Assembly (NCBI GenBank): GCA_024276305.1
Contig: JAJRXK010000108.1
Location: 8,172 to 72,171, forward strand
Length of the DNA stretch: 64,000 bases
Direction of reading: 5' to 3'
From: Candidatus Krumholzibacteriota bacterium
GTDB taxonomy: Bacteria; Krumholzibacteriota; Krumholzibacteriia; JAJRXK01
Below are positions 20,174-28,452 of this stretch, one piece after another. Within the stretch, counting starts at the first letter, position 1, and each line of letters begins with the position of its first letter. The position numbers were made by a program, and so were the translations under genes. A model generated the notes under the pieces. The model searched no databases. It was given only the letters and a program-made list of their open reading frames with translations, and was not told where the DNA came from.

Positions 20174-20796
20174 GCTTTCACCTCATCGGTGGCGGGAGCC
20201 TCGAATCCCGCCTCTACGAAGGCCAGAAGTCGCCGCAACTGTCGTTCGGGATCGGTGTCCCGAGAGCGGAGCTCCTCTGGTCCGGAGGGGACGGTGGAGT
20301 GCAGCATCGCGCCGATCATGAATCGAAAGCGCGCCTGGATCTCCTCGGGAGAGAGTTCGGGGCAGATGGGCAGGAGAATGCGGTAGCGCTCGATGACGGG
20401 GCCGAAGAGCCGGTCGAAGTGGCGGGTGGTGATGGCGCCGTCCTCGTGAAGGATGCGCGCCAGTCCCATCAGAATCCACGCGTCGACCCGGCGCAGTTGC
20501 TCCACGGCCGGTCGAAGGAAGGACTCCAGGACTCGGCGCAGGCTGGGAAGGGCCGGGGCCGCCTCTGCGATGGCCAAGTCCAGGCGGCGGATCCGCTCCT
20601 CGTTGATGGGGCCGATGCGTCGCTGGAACACCGCCTCGAGGAGATGTTCCTTCGAACCGAAGTGATAGTGGACGGCGGCCAGATTCACTTCCGCCGCCTC
20701 GGTGATCGCGCGCAGGGAGGCCCGATCGTATCCGTGCTCGGCGAAGAGTCGCTCGGCGTGGTCGAGGATCCTCTCGCGGGTATCGGGTCGGGGCAT
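20170..20796 (-). CDS. TetR/AcrR-family transcriptional regulator
   Basis: N-terminal HTH (ILDHAERLFAEHGYDRASLRAITEAAEVNLAAVHYHF). Its stop overlaps the downstream outer membrane factor's start. Confidence 0.85.
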   Translation of the reverse strand: MPRPDTRERILDHAERLFAEHGYDRASLRAITEAAEVNLAAVHYHFGSKEHLLEAVFQRRIGPINEERIRRLDLAIAEAAPALPSLRRVLESFLRPAVEQLRRVDAWILMGLARILHEDGAITTRHFDRLFGPVIERYRILLPICPELSPEEIQARFRFMIGAMLHSTVPSGPEELRSRDTDPERQLRRLLAFVEAGFEAPATDEVKA

Positions 20797-20825
20797 CGCA
20801 GGTCCTGGGTCAGAGGAATCGGATG

Positions 20826-20866
20826 CAGGATTCGAACGAGTGTTTCAAACGGACGTTTGAATCCTG
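20826..20866. promoter_or_regulatory. Nested palindromes, candidate TetR operator upstream of efflux operon 1
   Basis: CAGGATTCgaacgagtgtTTCAAACGgaCGTTTGAATCCTG. The inner 18-bp perfect palindrome TTCAAACG-GA-CGTTTGAA is flanked by CAGGATTC/GAATCCTG arms. Confidence 0.5.
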
Positions 20867-20934
20867 ACCCCCAAGATCGGAGTGGAAGCTCTCGCCCGCA
20901 ACGGCTTGGGGATCTCTTGGGCGCCCACCCTCCT

Positions 20935-23900
20935 TCAGGGAGATCCGTCCTCCAACGGAAGCCCAAGAGCCCAAAGGAGTTGTGCTCGCCTTGACTGGAG
21001 TTGGGCCTGGGCCCGGACCCAGCGGCTCTCGGCCCGGGTGCGGGCCGTCTCGGCGTCGAGGAGGCGAGTCAGAGTGGCCCGGCCTTCGCGGTAACGGAGT
21101 TGGATCACCCGATAGGCTTCGGCCGCGGCCCGTCGGCCCTCAGAAGCCGCGGTCAGCTGGGCTTCGGCCGTCGAGAGGGCGGAACGGGCGACTTCGATCT
21201 GTCGGCGGATCTCGCGATCGCGGCGGCTTCGCTCGTACTCGGCCTGCCGGGCCCGGGCTCGGGCTCGGGCACTGCGGGCGGAGATCTCTCCCCCCGACCA
21301 CGGGGTCCAATGCAAACCGGCGGCGAGGTCCACCGAATCGTCCCGGAGTTGCGGGTCGGCCTCCGGCCAGAAGGTGCTCCATCGGGCATAGGCCACGACT
21401 TCGGGCCAACGCTCCCGGTGGGCGGCTTCGGCCTGGGCCTGGGCCCCGGCCAGTCGGTGGGTCGCGGCCTCGAGTTCCGGACGCCGCGGCGCCTTCACCC
21501 CGAGGGGCTCGGGGGGGACCATCACTTCGGAAGCTTCGGCCAGGGGGGGCAGCTCCTCGAGGGGGATCCCCAGGAGTTCGGCCAGGAAGGACCTCGCTTC
21601 CGTCCAGGCTCCGTGGGCCGCCACCCGAGCGGCGCGGACTTCGGCCGCCCGTGCTTCGAGCTGGAGGAGGTCGGCCTCGAGAGCTCTTCCGGCTTCGGCC
21701 CGCAGGCGGGCGTCGTCCACTTCGCCTTGGACCAGGGTCAACGCCGATTCCTGGACCCGCACTTCGGCCCGGGCCGACTGGACGAGGAAGTAGACTCGGG
21801 CCAGATCGACTTCGAGCTGTCGAGTGCGGGCTCGATGCAGAGCCTCTTCCGACTTCCATTGGAGGCGGGCCGCGCGAATCGAGGACTCGCGGGAAGCGCT
21901 GAAGATCTGCCAATCCGCTCGGGCCTCGCCGGTGATCAGATTCACGCTGGCATCGGGATCGAAGGCCAACAGATCCTCGGGGCCGCGGATGTCGCGGAGT
22001 TGCACTCCGAAACTCTGAGCGGGATCACTGGTGCGCAGGAAGTTTCCCGACACCGACAGGCGTGGCCAACGCGCGGCGCGAGCCAGCCCGTAGTCCGCCG
22101 ATGAGGCCTCGACCGCAGACTCGGAGATCGCCCACTGGGCGTTGTTCGCGCGCAGGTGCCCGAGGGCATCGTCCAGGCTCAGCTCGGTCGCCGTGGCCGG
22201 CACCGTCCCCCCCAAGGTCCACAGCCCGAGCAGTACTCCTGCGGTGGTGAGGCCTCCGAGCCGGCGTCGACGCCCGCGGCCGGCGACTTCGCGCCGCATG
22301 AATTCGAGGGTGAGTGCGGGCACCAGAACCAGCGTGACCACCGTCGAAGCTCCGAGCCCGCCGATGACCACCCAACCCAGGGGTCCCCACATCGATCCGC
22401 CGAAGAGGGTCAGGGGCAAGAGCCCCGCTTGCGTGGTGAGGGTGGTGAGAAGAATGGGCTGCAGTCGGGTCTGGGCTCCGCGGCGGACGGCCTCGGACAG
22501 TTCCATTCCCTCGCGCAGGTTCCGGCTGATGCGGTCCACGAGCACGATGGCGTCGTTGACCACGATGCCGGTCAACGCGAGGAGCCCGATGAAGGCGGTG
22601 AATCCGAACGGCCAGCCACTCACCAGCAGTCCGACCACCGCTCCCGCCAGCGCCACCGGGATGCTGGTGAAGATCACGAAGGGCAACTTGAAGGACGAGA
22701 ACTGCAGCACCAAAATGCCGTAGATGAGCCCCAGGGCGATGAGCACATTCTGGAGCATGCTCAGAAAGGCGCGATCGCGTTCCTCGTCTTCGCCGATCAC
22801 TTCCCAGGATTCGCGGCCGTCGAGGGGGAGCCCTTTGACGGTGGGCATGAGGTCGGCCACGATCTCCGTGGCCAACCGGCCATCGAGATCGGCCCCTACG
22901 ACCACCGATCGTTCGAGGTCGGTGTGCATGATCCGCGCATAGGTCGGCGCCAGCCGCGGGGAGCTCAGTGACGAGAGGGGAACCGGAGCCGAACCTGCCA
23001 CCGGAATCCGGATGCGGGCGAGGTCGTCGAAGCTCTCCCGACCCTCGGGGGCGACGCGGACCACGACGTCGATGTCCTCGTCCTGACGGCGCAGGGTCGT
23101 CGCCGTCGCCCCGGCCATGGCCACCCGGATCTCCGCCGCCACCATTGCGGTTTCCAACCCGGCGCGTTGGACCTTGACCGGGTCCAAGCGGAGGTCGAGG
23201 CGTGGCGGACCGGGTTTGAGATCGTGCGACACATTGATGGCGCCGGGAATCTCGTGTAGCGCGGCGGCGAGCTGGTCGGCGTGGGCCCGCAGGCGTTCGA
23301 GGTCGGGGCCCTTGAGGCGAATCGAGACCGGCATTCCCACCGGGGGACCCTGCACGAAGAGCTTGGTCTCGAGGTCCAGTTTCGGGTGCTGAGCGAAGGC
23401 GCGGCGGATCTCCCGGGCGAAGTCGGGGATCTCTTTCGACCGGGATCGGGGGACGGTGACCAGCAATTCGGCAAAGTTCGCCTGCTCGAAACTCCGAATG
23501 ATGTTGTAGTAGGTAAGGGGATTTCCCTTGCCCACGTTGGTGGTCACGTGCACCGCCATGTCCTGGGCGCGGACAAAGTTCTCGACTTCGATGGCGGCGG
23601 CTTCGGTGGCTTGGAAGTTCGTCGCCTGGGGAGTCTTCACTCGAATCAACAGCTGCGGTTTGTCGTCGGCCCTCGGGAAGAAATTGAATCCAACCTGAGT
23701 GCTGAGGGTCATCACCAGGGCCGACGCAACGAAGATGGTGAGAATGGTGGTCCGCGGCTTGCGGTCCAAGGTCTCCAGCACTCGAGCGTAGAAGCCCTGG
23801 GAGGCGAAGCGATTCAGCGCGGGTTGGAGCCCCTGCGGTCGGGCGGCCGCGTCGGTGGCGAAGAGGCGTGAGGCGATGAGTGGGGTCGCGAAGAGGGCCA

Positions 23901-25320
23901 CCGCCAGGCTGACGAGGAGCACCACCGAGACCACCGAGGGAATGTCGCGGGTGAAGTCTCCAACGGACCCGGCCATGAAGAGCATGGGCACGAAGGCCGC
24001 AATCGTGGTGGCCGTGCTGCTGGTGATGGCCGAGGCCACCTGCCCCGTGCCTTCGATGGCGGCGTCGCGGGCGCTGCGTCCCCGATGTCGTTCGTAGAGA
24101 ATCGCTTCGAAGACCACCACCGCATTGTCGACCAAGAGGCCCAGCACCACCACCAGACCGGCGATGGACATCTGCTGGAGAGAGATGCCGCAGGATTCGA
24201 GGAGCCAGAAGCTGATCCCGACGGCGAGGAACATGGCCGTGGAGGCTACCACCGCGGCGCGCCATCCCACGAGAAGGACGACGAAGAAGACGATGATCCC
24301 CGCGCCCTGGAAGAGGCTCATCCCGAAGGTCGACAGGCGGGCGTGCACGTCCTCGCTCTGATCGAGGACGATCTCGGCCTGGATGTGAGAGGGAAGACTC
24401 TTTCGAAAGTCGTCGAAGCGGTCGCGGGCGGACTCGGTCAGCGCGAAGACATTGCGGCCTTCCTTCAGAGTGGCAGTGACGAGAGTGGCCGGTCGGCCGT
24501 CTTGCCGGACCAAGTAGGTCGCATCTTCATATCCCCAGCTCACGGTGGCAAAGTCGCCGAGGCGCACCGGTCTTCCGTCCACGCTCCGCAGAACGGTGTC
24601 GCGAATCTGGTCGAGCGTCTCGAAACGCGAATTGGGCCGGATGCTCAACTTTCGGGGACCGGTCACCAGAGTGCCGCCGGGGAGGTCTCCGTTGGCCGAC
24701 GCGAGCGCGGCCATCACTCGTTGCAGGGTCAGCCCGGCGCTGGCCATTCGGGCGGGATTCACCAGCACTTGCACTTGGGTGTCCAATTCTCCTTCGACTC
24801 GGACTTCCTTGACGTCGGGCAGAGTGTTCCAACGGTCCTGGAGTTCTTCGGCCCAATCCCTGAGCTCTTCGGCGGTGGCGGTGGAGGAGGAGATCGCCGC
24901 CTGCAACACGGTGACCGAAGAGGGCTGGATCGAGCGCAGGGAGAGTTCGACCACTCCCTGCGGGAGGTCCGCCTGGACCGCGTTCACGCGCTGGACGAAT
25001 TCGTCGTAGGCATTCTCCTTGTCGGAATCATCCACCCATTCCGCGGTGATCACCGCTACACCGTCCGCCGCAATGGACTCGATGATCTCCACGTCCTCGA
25101 GTTCGTGGATGGATTCTTCGAGGGGCTCGAGCACGCGATTCTCGAGCTCCTCGGGGGTGGCTGCGGGATAGATCACGGTGACGATCCCGCCGAAGGAAGG
25201 CAGCTCCGGGTCTTCTTGCCGAGGCATCTTCAGAAAGCTCACCGCGCCCAGGACGACCGCGGCCAGGGTCAGGACGATGACGAAGCGGTAGTTGGCGAAA
25301 GCAAACCGGGTGGGATTCAT
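20935..25320 (-). CDS. Single 1461-codon ORF: RND permease (25320..22300) fused in-frame, with no stop, to a TolC-family outer membrane factor (22299..20935) that retains its own ATG and signal peptide
   Basis: The RND part ends ...LVPALTLEF. It is followed immediately by MRREVAGRGRRRRLGGLTTAGVLLGLWTLGGTVPATA|TELSLDD and TolC repeats to the stop at 20935. Confidence 0.8.
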   Translation of the reverse strand: MNPTRFAFANYRFVIVLTLAAVVLGAVSFLKMPRQEDPELPSFGGIVTVIYPAATPEELENRVLEPLEESIHELEDVEIIESIAADGVAVITAEWVDDSDKENAYDEFVQRVNAVQADLPQGVVELSLRSIQPSSVTVLQAAISSSTATAEELRDWAEELQDRWNTLPDVKEVRVEGELDTQVQVLVNPARMASAGLTLQRVMAALASANGDLPGGTLVTGPRKLSIRPNSRFETLDQIRDTVLRSVDGRPVRLGDFATVSWGYEDATYLVRQDGRPATLVTATLKEGRNVFALTESARDRFDDFRKSLPSHIQAEIVLDQSEDVHARLSTFGMSLFQGAGIIVFFVVLLVGWRAAVVASTAMFLAVGISFWLLESCGISLQQMSIAGLVVVLGLLVDNAVVVFEAILYERHRGRSARDAAIEGTGQVASAITSSTATTIAAFVPMLFMAGSVGDFTRDIPSVVSVVLLVSLAVALFATPLIASRLFATDAAARPQGLQPALNRFASQGFYARVLETLDRKPRTTILTIFVASALVMTLSTQVGFNFFPRADDKPQLLIRVKTPQATNFQATEAAAIEVENFVRAQDMAVHVTTNVGKGNPLTYYNIIRSFEQANFAELLVTVPRSRSKEIPDFAREIRRAFAQHPKLDLETKLFVQGPPVGMPVSIRLKGPDLERLRAHADQLAAALHEIPGAINVSHDLKPGPPRLDLRLDPVKVQRAGLETAMVAAEIRVAMAGATATTLRRQDEDIDVVVRVAPEGRESFDDLARIRIPVAGSAPVPLSSLSSPRLAPTYARIMHTDLERSVVVGADLDGRLATEIVADLMPTVKGLPLDGRESWEVIGEDEERDRAFLSMLQNVLIALGLIYGILVLQFSSFKLPFVIFTSIPVALAGAVVGLLVSGWPFGFTAFIGLLALTGIVVNDAIVLVDRISRNLREGMELSEAVRRGAQTRLQPILLTTLTTQAGLLPLTLFGGSMWGPLGWVVIGGLGASTVVTLVLVPALTLEFMRREVAGRGRRRRLGGLTTAGVLLGLWTLGGTVPATATELSLDDALGHLRANNAQWAISESAVEASSADYGLARAARWPRLSVSGNFLRTSDPAQSFGVQLRDIRGPEDLLAFDPDASVNLITGEARADWQIFSASRESSIRAARLQWKSEEALHRARTRQLEVDLARVYFLVQSARAEVRVQESALTLVQGEVDDARLRAEAGRALEADLLQLEARAAEVRAARVAAHGAWTEARSFLAELLGIPLEELPPLAEASEVMVPPEPLGVKAPRRPELEAATHRLAGAQAQAEAAHRERWPEVVAYARWSTFWPEADPQLRDDSVDLAAGLHWTPWSGGEISARSARARARARQAEYERSRRDREIRRQIEVARSALSTAEAQLTAASEGRRAAAEAYRVIQLRYREGRATLTRLLDAETARTRAESRWVRAQAQLQSRRAQLLWALGLPLEDGSP

Positions 25321-26414
25321 CGCTGCACCTCGTCGACGATCCGAAGTGCATCGCCCTCTCGGAGAGTGTCGGGAGCGTGGTCGACGACCCGGTCGCCGGC
25401 CCGGATTCCCGCGAGGATCTCGACCCAGTCACCGCGGACGGGTCCGGTCTGGACCTTCAGGCGGTGGATTCGACCCCCCTCGATTCTCCACACGCTCGCT
25501 CCGTCGTCTCCGATGCGGAGGGCGGAGAGGGGCAGGACCACCCGGGAGGCTTCGGCCGAGGTAGGGGAGGTGAATTCGACTTGGGCCACCAAGCCGGGGA
25601 GGAGGGATCGCTGCGCATTGTCGACCACCACTCGCAGGAGAACGGCCCCCGACCGCGGATCGCTCTCGAGGGGCGGATGGTCCACGCGGCCGGTGGCGGC
25701 GCCGACCCCCGGAACCACGACCTGGACCGCCGCATCGAGGTCGATGCTTCCGAGGTCGCCGGCGGCCACCGCCAGGTCGACTTCGAGCTCGTCGGTGGCG
25801 ATGACTTCGAAGGCCACCGCGCCCGGAGCGACCACCTCGCCGCTCTCCACCAGGCGCCGGCGGACCCATCCGCCGAAGGGAGCGCGGAGTTGGGACCGAT
25901 CGATCCTCCACTGGGCCAGACGAAGGGTGGCCCGTGCGGCCCGCACTTCGGCCTCCTGCCCGTCGAATTCTTCGTCGGAGAGGGCCTTCTGGTCCTTGAG
26001 ACGGCGGCTGCGTTGGAGACTCTTCTCCAGATAGTCGGTACGCGCCTTTGCCCGGGCGACCGCCGTTTCGAAGGGCACCGGGTCCAGCCGAGCCAGCACC
26101 TCTCCGGCTCCGACCTCTTGGCCCTCGTCGAAGGTCCATTCGGCGATCACCCCGTCGACGGCGAAGGAGAGCGTGGCCCGTCGGCGCGCACGCAGAGTCC
26201 CGTCGGCGGTGAGTGGGGAGGTCGAGGCTCTGTCTCTGAGAGCCTCGGCTCGGACGACTCGAAGGGCTCGGGGGGCCGGGGACTGATCCGGGGAGGCCGC
26301 GGCGGAGGGCATTCCACCGCAGGCGCCGAGGCTCAGGAGGAGGAGAGTCGAGACGGTCAGGCCGGCCTGCCTTCGGATTCCGGGGCGGATCGGAGTTGGG
26401 TCGAATGTGGACAT
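25317..26414 (-). CDS. RND efflux periplasmic adaptor (lipoprotein MFP)
   Basis: MSTFD...LLLLSLGACGG lipobox. HlyD-like sequence. Its stop overlaps the RND start. Confidence 0.85.
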   Translation of the reverse strand: MSTFDPTPIRPGIRRQAGLTVSTLLLLSLGACGGMPSAAASPDQSPAPRALRVVRAEALRDRASTSPLTADGTLRARRRATLSFAVDGVIAEWTFDEGQEVGAGEVLARLDPVPFETAVARAKARTDYLEKSLQRSRRLKDQKALSDEEFDGQEAEVRAARATLRLAQWRIDRSQLRAPFGGWVRRRLVESGEVVAPGAVAFEVIATDELEVDLAVAAGDLGSIDLDAAVQVVVPGVGAATGRVDHPPLESDPRSGAVLLRVVVDNAQRSLLPGLVAQVEFTSPTSAEASRVVLPLSALRIGDDGASVWRIEGGRIHRLKVQTGPVRGDWVEILAGIRAGDRVVDHAPDTLREGDALRIVDEVQR

Positions 26415-26456
26415 CGGAGAAATTCCTTGGGGAGGGGAGTGGGACGACAAGTGTCT

Positions 26457-26470
26457 ACTGAACGTTCAGT
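26457..26470. promoter_or_regulatory. Perfect 14-bp palindrome ACTGAACGTTCAGT, candidate TetR operator
   Basis: Lies between the TetR stop and the adaptor start. Its sequence partner is at 27233-27246. Confidence 0.5.
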
Positions 26471-26529
26471 CAGTAGCTTGGGTGGCAAGAGGGGGGAAGG
26501 CGAGGTGTCCATGGGATCCTTCGCGCGAA

Positions 26530-27195
26530 TCAGGAAGAAGGGGGGGAGGTCGCGATGCCTCGCATGAAGACCTCGATGGCGTGCTCGAGGTATTCGAGGT
26601 CACGGTCTTCGCAGCCCTCCACGAGTCCACACTCGAGGAGGTGGGAGCCCTTGCTCATGTGCCACATGAGGCAGATGTCAACGAAGGTCTTGACCACGAA
26701 TCCGGGATCGAGCTCGGGACGGATGAAACCCGCCGCCTGCCCTTCGGCGATGCGTTGGGCGCCGAGGACCTCGAGTTCCGCACCGAGCTCTCGCTTGTGG
26801 ACGAGAGGCTTGTCCTTCCATCCCTGATTCGCCATCCACCAGGCCAGAAGGCGGGGGACGTGGGGGTTCTCCTTCAGGAAGTGGAAGTAGAGCCGGATGG
26901 CCTGTTCGAGCAAATCGGGGCCCACCTCCTGGGCCCCCGACAGCATCGCCATCATCCCATCGAAGTAGGGAGCGAAGACCTCTTCCATGACCGCGTCGAA
27001 GAGATCCTGCTTGCCTTCGAAGTAGTGGTAGATGAGTCCCTGAGGGACTTCGGCCTTGGTGGCGATGATCCCGGTCCGAGCTCCAGTGAAACCGTGCTCG
27101 ACGAACTCGGCCCGGGCTGCCGACAGGATCGCGGCGCGGGTCCGCTCGGGATCCCGACTTCGGTTCCTGGAGGGGTGGGGTTTCGTCAAGGCCAT
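26530..27195 (-). CDS. TetR-family transcriptional regulator
   Basis: HTH (ILSAARAEFVEHGFTGARTGIIATKAEVPQGLIYHYF). ATG at 27195. Confidence 0.85.
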   Translation of the reverse strand: MALTKPHPSRNRSRDPERTRAAILSAARAEFVEHGFTGARTGIIATKAEVPQGLIYHYFEGKQDLFDAVMEEVFAPYFDGMMAMLSGAQEVGPDLLEQAIRLYFHFLKENPHVPRLLAWWMANQGWKDKPLVHKRELGAELEVLGAQRIAEGQAAGFIRPELDPGFVVKTFVDICLMWHMSKGSHLLECGLVEGCEDRDLEYLEHAIEVFMRGIATSPPSS

Positions 27196-27232
27196 CTCCT
27201 GGGGTTCTGCGGACGGGGCCAAGGTAGCGTTA

Positions 27233-27246
27233 ACTGAACGATCAGT
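27233..27246. promoter_or_regulatory. Near-palindrome ACTGAACGATCAGT, candidate TetR operator in divergent promoter
   Basis: 12/14 symmetric. Half-sites are identical to the 26457 site. Confidence 0.45.
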
Positions 27247-27359
27247 CAATACCTCTGGTTGCATTTTGGGGGGCGGCGGGTGGAGTCTCCGTCCTTCTCA
27301 GTCCTGGAGGGCTGCCGTATCTTGCCGCCGGAGCAGGATCGCCCCGGCCGGAGACCCGC

Positions 27360-28448
27360 ATGCGCCTTTTTCGTGACCTGTTGAACTTGGCCAGTGCGGC
27401 AGCGGTGGCGGGGATGCTTCTCTGGGTCTTCGGCGCCGAATTCGCGAATTCGGTGGCTCCCTATCCCTTCGATGAAACGATCGGACGTCACCTGCCCGCC
27501 CCGGGATCGAGCCTTCGTTTCCGGACCGAAGGTTGGGCGACCACCCACTATGCCGAGCACGGCTTGTTGGCGGTGGACGTCGAGGCCCTCGCCTCTCGGC
27601 CCGACACCCTTCCGCCCCCGATCCTCGTCGGAGTGTGGGGAGACTCCTTCGTGCAGGGGGTCCACGTCGACGACGGGATGAAGTTCAGTAGCCAGTTCCG
27701 TCGGCTCCTGGGCGACGACTCGGAGGTCGCGTTGGTTGCGATCGGCCAGCCGGGTTGGGATGTCACCGATGTGGTCGACCTCGTCGACCGATACGAGGCC
27801 CTCTACGACTTCGAGGCTCAGCTCCTCGTGCTTCACGACCTCTTCGACTTCTCCCCCAACGAAGAGACCTTCGTGACCGATCCCGCCTTTCGCTTCGTGT
27901 CCCGCGAGCGCCACCCTCCGGCCCCGCGCCTGCGGTCGCGGTTGGCCGCGCTGCGCTTGGACTTCGTGTGGGTCTCCTGGGAACGCCTGTTCCTGGCCCA
28001 CCGCAATCCCGTCGGGGGCGCGCCCCTGCGTTGGAGGCCCGGTCCGGTCCCGTCGACCGCCAAGACCTGGCCGAGTTGGACCCAACTCGAGGAGGTGTCG
28101 CCTGCGGCCTGGGACTTTGCCCTCGACCGTCTCGTCGGCAGTTCGCAACGACGGTGGACCATCGTCTACATCCCGAGAATCCCCTTCTTCGACGGAGGTC
28201 GGGTGCAGCTTGAAGAGCCTGCGGTGGGGATCGTGCGACGCTTCGCCGAACACTGCTCGGCGCGCGGCGTGGAGTTCGTCGATCTCTCGGACCGACTGAA
28301 AGCCTTCTACCTCGACCGCGGACGCTCCGCCTTCGGCTTCGACAACGGCCAGGTGGGTCGCGGCCACCTCAATGCCGATGGCCATCGCATTCTGGCCGAG
28401 GCCCTGGTCGAGTGGAGCCGTGAGCAGGGCTTCGGGGTGGACGACTAG
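27360..28448 (+). CDS. Membrane-anchored SGNH/GDSL-type esterase-acyltransferase domain protein (DltD/AlgJ/PatB-like)
   Basis: N-terminal TM. VGVWGDSFVQG (GDS motif). Located immediately upstream of an MBOAT gene. Confidence 0.65.
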   Translation: MRLFRDLLNLASAAAVAGMLLWVFGAEFANSVAPYPFDETIGRHLPAPGSSLRFRTEGWATTHYAEHGLLAVDVEALASRPDTLPPPILVGVWGDSFVQGVHVDDGMKFSSQFRRLLGDDSEVALVAIGQPGWDVTDVVDLVDRYEALYDFEAQLLVLHDLFDFSPNEETFVTDPAFRFVSRERHPPAPRLRSRLAALRLDFVWVSWERLFLAHRNPVGGAPLRWRPGPVPSTAKTWPSWTQLEEVSPAAWDFALDRLVGSSQRRWTIVYIPRIPFFDGGRVQLEEPAVGIVRRFAEHCSARGVEFVDLSDRLKAFYLDRGRSAFGFDNGQVGRGHLNADGHRILAEALVEWSREQGFGVDD

Positions 28449-28452
28449 CGCC

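Noticed and set aside
22294-22305. GAATTC (EcoRI site) exactly at the RND/OMF junction as a sign of a cloning artefact
   Set aside because: A single hexamer is expected by chance many times in 64 kb. The flanking sequence is native-looking and in frame.
22025-24265. 746-aa minus ORF, plus the 24085-26034 and 14633-16738 plus ORFs
   Set aside because: All are alternative-frame or antisense shadows of the RND permease genes. Their Arg/Gly/Pro-rich composition is not protein-like.
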